Positions 59,984 through 64,000 of a stretch of 64,000 bases of DNA are shown here, piece by piece. The stretch lies in contig JANWZE010000112.1 of assembly GCA_025054955.1 (NCBI GenBank), positions 2,310-66,309 of the forward strand. The letters are read 5' to 3'. Under the pieces are notes generated by a model. That model saw only the letters and a program-made list of their open reading frames with translations, did not search any database and was not told where the DNA came from. Each line of letters begins with the position of its first letter. Position 1 is the first letter of the stretch. The position numbers were made by a program, and so were the translations under genes. The stretch is from Blastocatellia bacterium (GTDB lineage Bacteria; Acidobacteriota; Blastocatellia; HR10; J050).

Positions 59984-61495
59984 TTAGTCTTCGACGACAA
60001 ACTTCACACCGAATACTTCTTCAAGCAACGTCGCTTTTCGTTGCAGAGCCCATTTCTCCAACAGCATATCACCCTCGCCGTGGAGGCGCATGATGAGTTT
60101 GGGTTTTTTGTATTCGAGGGTGAACTGATGGACTTTGCCGGCGTGTTCAGTATCCAGCGCGTCGGCAATGCGCAAGAGCGCGGCCAGCTTGCAAACAACG
60201 ACGCGGTCCTTCGCCGACAGATTGCGATAGGGTTCATGCTTAAGCGTGGGAAACGCCTTGCGATGATAACGGGCGACGTTGGCCACAATGGCGCGTTGCG
60301 CATACGTCAATCCGAGCAACGGCGTGGCCATCAGCAAATAGTATGAGTGCTTGTTATGGCCCACGATGTGCACGAACTGCCCGATGTCGTGCAACAGCGC
60401 GGCGACCTCTAGCAGCAGGCGACTCTCTTCGTCCAGACGATGCAACGACTCGGTGGCATCGAACAACCGCGCGGCAAAGTTGGCCACCGTCGTAGCATGT
60501 GATTCATCAAAGGCGTATTTTTGACCTAGCCGTCGGGCTGCTGCCAGCACCTGTTCGCGGTGCAAATTCCGACGACCATTGCGCACATCCTGAGCGATGT
60601 CGAGCAGTAAACCATCTTTCAGGCCCACATGCGGGATCATCACCTCAGCGACGCCGGCTTGTTTGAGGATCTTCTGTAACACAATCGCAGCCGGCATGAT
60701 CACGTCAGCGCGGTCGGGACGCAAGCGCAGGGTGCGCATTCGCTCTTCGTAGCTCAGACTTTGTAGTTGCTTGATGATGGCATCCAGTTCATCATCCGTG
60801 ATGAGGGTATTCTGCTGGCGATTGAGCAACGTCTGCCGCAGATCACCCAGCGTTTCAATGTTGCCGCCCGTGCCAACGCACACGTCAATTTTCTGCTGAC
60901 CGATTTCTTTTCTCAAGCGGCGTCGGGTCGCATCTACGTACTCGCGCACCAGCGTGTTGAATTGTCGCTGCCCGCGCTGCTTTTCTTCCAGCTTTTGCAG
61001 CAAGCGCACCGTGCCCATATTGAAGCTTTCTGTGGCGATGATCTGCCCATTAGCGGCAAGTGTCACCTCTACGCTACCGCCGCCAATATCAACCAGCATG
61101 GCCAGTTTGTTTTTGAGATTGAGAGCTTCATTCACCGCCAGATGAATCAGTCGCGCTTCCTCCTCTGGATCAATGACCTGAACCTCAATGCCTGAAGCCT
61201 GCGTCAGGCGATCAATGACAATGTCGCGATTGAAGGCTTCGCGCATGGCGCTGGTGGCCACAGCGCGGACCCGCTGGACGTTGTGCGCGTCAATAACCTT
61301 GCGGAATCGAACGAAAGCTTCGATCGCCCGCTCCAGCGTTGGTTCACCGATCAGTCCTTGCGTGAACACATCCTGACCCAGTCGAACAGGCTCACGCAAA
61401 CTTTCCAACAGTTGCAGACCCCGGCTTCCGTTGACGCTTCCAACGACCAGCCGCATGGCATTTGAACCGACGTCAATCGCAGCAATGGTTGGCAT
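59984..61495 (-). CDS. ppx: exopolyphosphatase / guanosine pentaphosphate phosphohydrolase (Ppx/GppA) with C-terminal HD domain
   Basis: AAIDVGSNAMRLVV actin-fold N-terminus, DIGGGSVE, C-terminal LLHDIGQFVHIVGHNKHSYY. Confidence 0.85.
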   Translation of the reverse strand: MPTIAAIDVGSNAMRLVVGSVNGSRGLQLLESLREPVRLGQDVFTQGLIGEPTLERAIEAFVRFRKVIDAHNVQRVRAVATSAMREAFNRDIVIDRLTQASGIEVQVIDPEEEARLIHLAVNEALNLKNKLAMLVDIGGGSVEVTLAANGQIIATESFNMGTVRLLQKLEEKQRGQRQFNTLVREYVDATRRRLRKEIGQQKIDVCVGTGGNIETLGDLRQTLLNRQQNTLITDDELDAIIKQLQSLSYEERMRTLRLRPDRADVIMPAAIVLQKILKQAGVAEVMIPHVGLKDGLLLDIAQDVRNGRRNLHREQVLAAARRLGQKYAFDESHATTVANFAARLFDATESLHRLDEESRLLLEVAALLHDIGQFVHIVGHNKHSYYLLMATPLLGLTYAQRAIVANVARYHRKAFPTLKHEPYRNLSAKDRVVVCKLAALLRIADALDTEHAGKVHQFTLEYKKPKLIMRLHGEGDMLLEKWALQRKATLLEEVFGVKFVVED

Positions 61496-61736
61496 GGATG
61501 CCCAAATATAGCATAAATTGTGTTAAATCGGTGTTACACGAACAGGCCTCAAATCCCAAAGACCAGACGGCAAACATCAGAGCTCAGAGAGAATTGAGGG
61601 GCTGGCAGCTTCCTGTTTGAACATTTACATCGTTTTAACAACACCTTAATTGGATCGTTACATCCGCCGATTAGAATGCAAACCTTAGGGCAAAGCCTGT
61701 GAGGGTCAGCAAACACATCGAAGGTGAAACTGATGT

Positions 61737-62201
61737 ATGAAAATTTCCGTGACGCAGACTGAAGCCGGCTTACAAGTCAGGTTGTATAGCGACTCAGCGC
61801 ATTTTGCCGTGGCACTGGAGACGATGAAGTCTCACATTCCCCGTCATCATCGGCGCTTTGACGCTGCGCAAAGATGCTGGATGATTGATCCTCAGGGTCA
61901 AGGCCGATTGGAATCATGGCTCAGTTGGATGCGGCGCGAGCTGAAGGCTGAGGTAGTTTATCGTAGCCCACACCATCGTTCTGACTCGCTCGATCAGCGC
62001 TCGTCCCTGACGCCGGCTTACGCAACCTTGCATTTGTTGCCGACCGCCCCACCGGAACTTGTCAAAGCTGCATACCATTGCCTTGCCAGGATCAATCATC
62101 CGGACGTGGGCGGTGATACTAAATCCATGCAGCAGATCAACATCGCTTACGCCCATATCAAGCAGCATGGCATGAATCCTGACCGCACGACATCACGTTG
62201 A
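61737..62201 (+). CDS. small protein with C-terminal J-domain
   Basis: AYHCLARINHPDVGGD (HPD motif) near C-terminus. Confidence 0.55.
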   Translation: MKISVTQTEAGLQVRLYSDSAHFAVALETMKSHIPRHHRRFDAAQRCWMIDPQGQGRLESWLSWMRRELKAEVVYRSPHHRSDSLDQRSSLTPAYATLHLLPTAPPELVKAAYHCLARINHPDVGGDTKSMQQINIAYAHIKQHGMNPDRTTSR

Positions 62202-62310
62202 GGTATATGACGGGAATTTACACATCCGTAACATGGAATTCATCAGGCTGTAACATTCGCGCCATAGAATGAGCGCCTTAGGAGATTCCAAAGACTCAGG
62301 AGGATAGTCA

Positions 62311-64000
62311 GGTGAACAAGCAACGCATCGTTTATAGCCTTCTTCTGCTAGGGCTGGTCGTGTTTCCCTGTCGTGCGCAAAACACGTTGGTTGGTGATAT
62401 GCCGGCTAAGGGCAGCGCCACCGGAACGCTGGAGGGTGTGGTGCTGGATGTTTCCAACGGCCAAAAGCTGCCTCGCGTGGATATTGAAGTAGTAGGTCAG
62501 GGCGTAGTCGGGCAGACCGACCTGGATGGGTACTTCAGTGTGAAGCTTCAGCCGGGCACGTATCAGATTCGTGCCTCACGAACCGGTTATCAAAGTCAGA
62601 CGATAGAGTCGGTGGAAGTCACCGCTCGACAGGTGGCCAGCGTGGAATTTGCCTTGAGTCCTCAAGGACAGGTCTTAGGCGAGGTGGTCGTGACAGCGGC
62701 CGCTAGTATAGCGGCCAGCGAAATCGTCATGCTGGCTGAACGAAAGGCGGCCACAACCATTAACGATGCAATCAGCGCCCGAGAAATCAAGGCGGATACC
62801 AGTTCGCATGCCGCAGGCGTGTTGCAACGCATGCCGGGCATCACAGTCGCTCAAGATAAATATGTCTTCGTGCGCGGTCTGAACGAACGGTATAGCAACA
62901 CGGTATTGAACGATGCGATGCTGCCTACAACGGAGCCAGACCGGCGCGTCGTGCCGATGGATTTGATCCCAACGTCGCTGCTGGATAATGTGAAAGTCCT
63001 CAAGTCATTCACTCCTGATCAGCCCGGTGAATTCTCTGGCGGTCTCGTCAAAATTCAGGCAACCGAGTTTCCCAGCACTGGCACGCTGAAGGTCTCCGCG
63101 TCCTACGGATTCAATTCACAAACGACATTCGATGACATTCAAACCTACCCCGGCGACCGCCTCGATTGGCTCGGTTTCGGCACGGGTCGGCGCCGATTGC
63201 CGGCGATCATTCCCAGTCAATCGTTGACGCGCTTTGGCCCGGATGACCTGACGCGCTTTGGCCGGGCGTTTGAAAACATCTGGCAACCACGACGCGGCAA
63301 TGCGCGGCCTAATCAAAGTTATGGCGTTTCCGGCGGCACAACGATTGGCCGATGGGGTTTGGTCGGCGCGCTCAATTACAGTAACAAGCTGCAAAACCTC
63401 GATGAAAATCGCGTCTTCTACGTTCGGGTTGGTGACCAGGTCGTGCCGCGCAGCATCTTTGCCAATCATCAGTTTTTGAGCGAGCGCGGCTTGCTCCGTG
63501 AGCTCAGTGGTCTTCTGCCAGAGGAATTTCTCAAGCCGGAATTGCTACGCGGCTACCAATCCAGCAGCAATACCGTCAGGTTGGGGGGCACTGCCAATGT
63601 CGCTTATAAATTCTCCAACAATCACAAACTGCTGCTGAAGAATTTCTATACTCATGACGGCACGGATCAGGCCCGAACATATCAAGGGTGGTATGAGAGC
63701 CGCTACGCGGTGATCCGCAATCAGCGGCTGCGCTATCAGGAGGAGACCATCTACTCCGGCCAGCTCTCCGGCGACCATTTGTTCTCGCGCTTGGGCGACA
63801 GTTTGGTGACCTGGCGGTTGAACTATGCGCGCGCCACGCTGGACGAGCCAGACCTGCGTGAGACAATCTACGAGCTTGACGACCCGGCCGGCCAATTCCG
63901 CTTCTTCAGTCAGTTGCAAAGTGGATTGCGGTTGTTCAATGCGATGGATGAGAACATTCGCGAACCGGCGGTGGATTGGAGCAAATTCGTCTTCCTGAGC
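62311..64000 (+). CDS. TonB-dependent receptor (3'-partial; signal peptide, carboxypeptidase-regulatory-like domain, plug, start of barrel)
   Basis: GTG start after aggagga RBS; signal peptide LLLLGLVVFPCRAQ; GTLEGVVLD...GYFSVKLQPGTYQIRASRTGYQSQ; plug ITVAQDKYVFVRGLNERYSNTVLNDAMLP; ORF open to window end. Confidence 0.8.

Overview
High-GC (~60%) bacterial chromosomal segment, densely coding on both strands (~47 protein genes plus one tRNA-Thr). The gene content looks Acidobacteriota-like, but this is inference only: giant PPC/FG-GAP/beta-helix surface proteins, TMTC-like TPR glycosyltransferase, sigma-54 regulation. Most genes are ordinary housekeeping or metabolic loci: the 3' end of a sigma-54 activator, DinG, PgsA, a PP2C phosphatase, ZupT, LdhA, Dus, SerC, KorAB, MetY/ThiS, LipB, a class IV aminotransferase, an RND/MFP/TetR efflux cluster, an MreB-like gene, TonB, FadJ, a TonB-dependent receptor. 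No CRISPR, phage, integrase or recognisable defence system is present.

The observations I judge most worth follow-up are:
- Two giant secreted repeat proteins (1628 aa and ~1377 aa), each preceded by a textbook sigma-54 (-24/-12) promoter, directly downstream of a sigma-54 enhancer-binding protein (bEBP).
- A polyphosphate-linked cluster: Ppx/GppA, two tandem thymidylate-kinase-like paralogs (one with a K->R P-loop), a small helical protein, CHAD and SixA.
- A TIR-flanked, ~190-bp MITE-like element in three copies (two direct, one inverted), plus a family of ~80-bp hairpin-containing tandem units forming a 1.1-kb non-coding island upstream of a 1205-aa fused flavoprotein-ldhA operon.
- A 7-bp microsatellite (16 units) inside a SpoIID-like gene.
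- A ThiS-like sulfur carrier with a post-GG extension next to a MetY-like PLP enzyme.

Many long antisense ORFs in the track are GC-driven artefacts and are not called.
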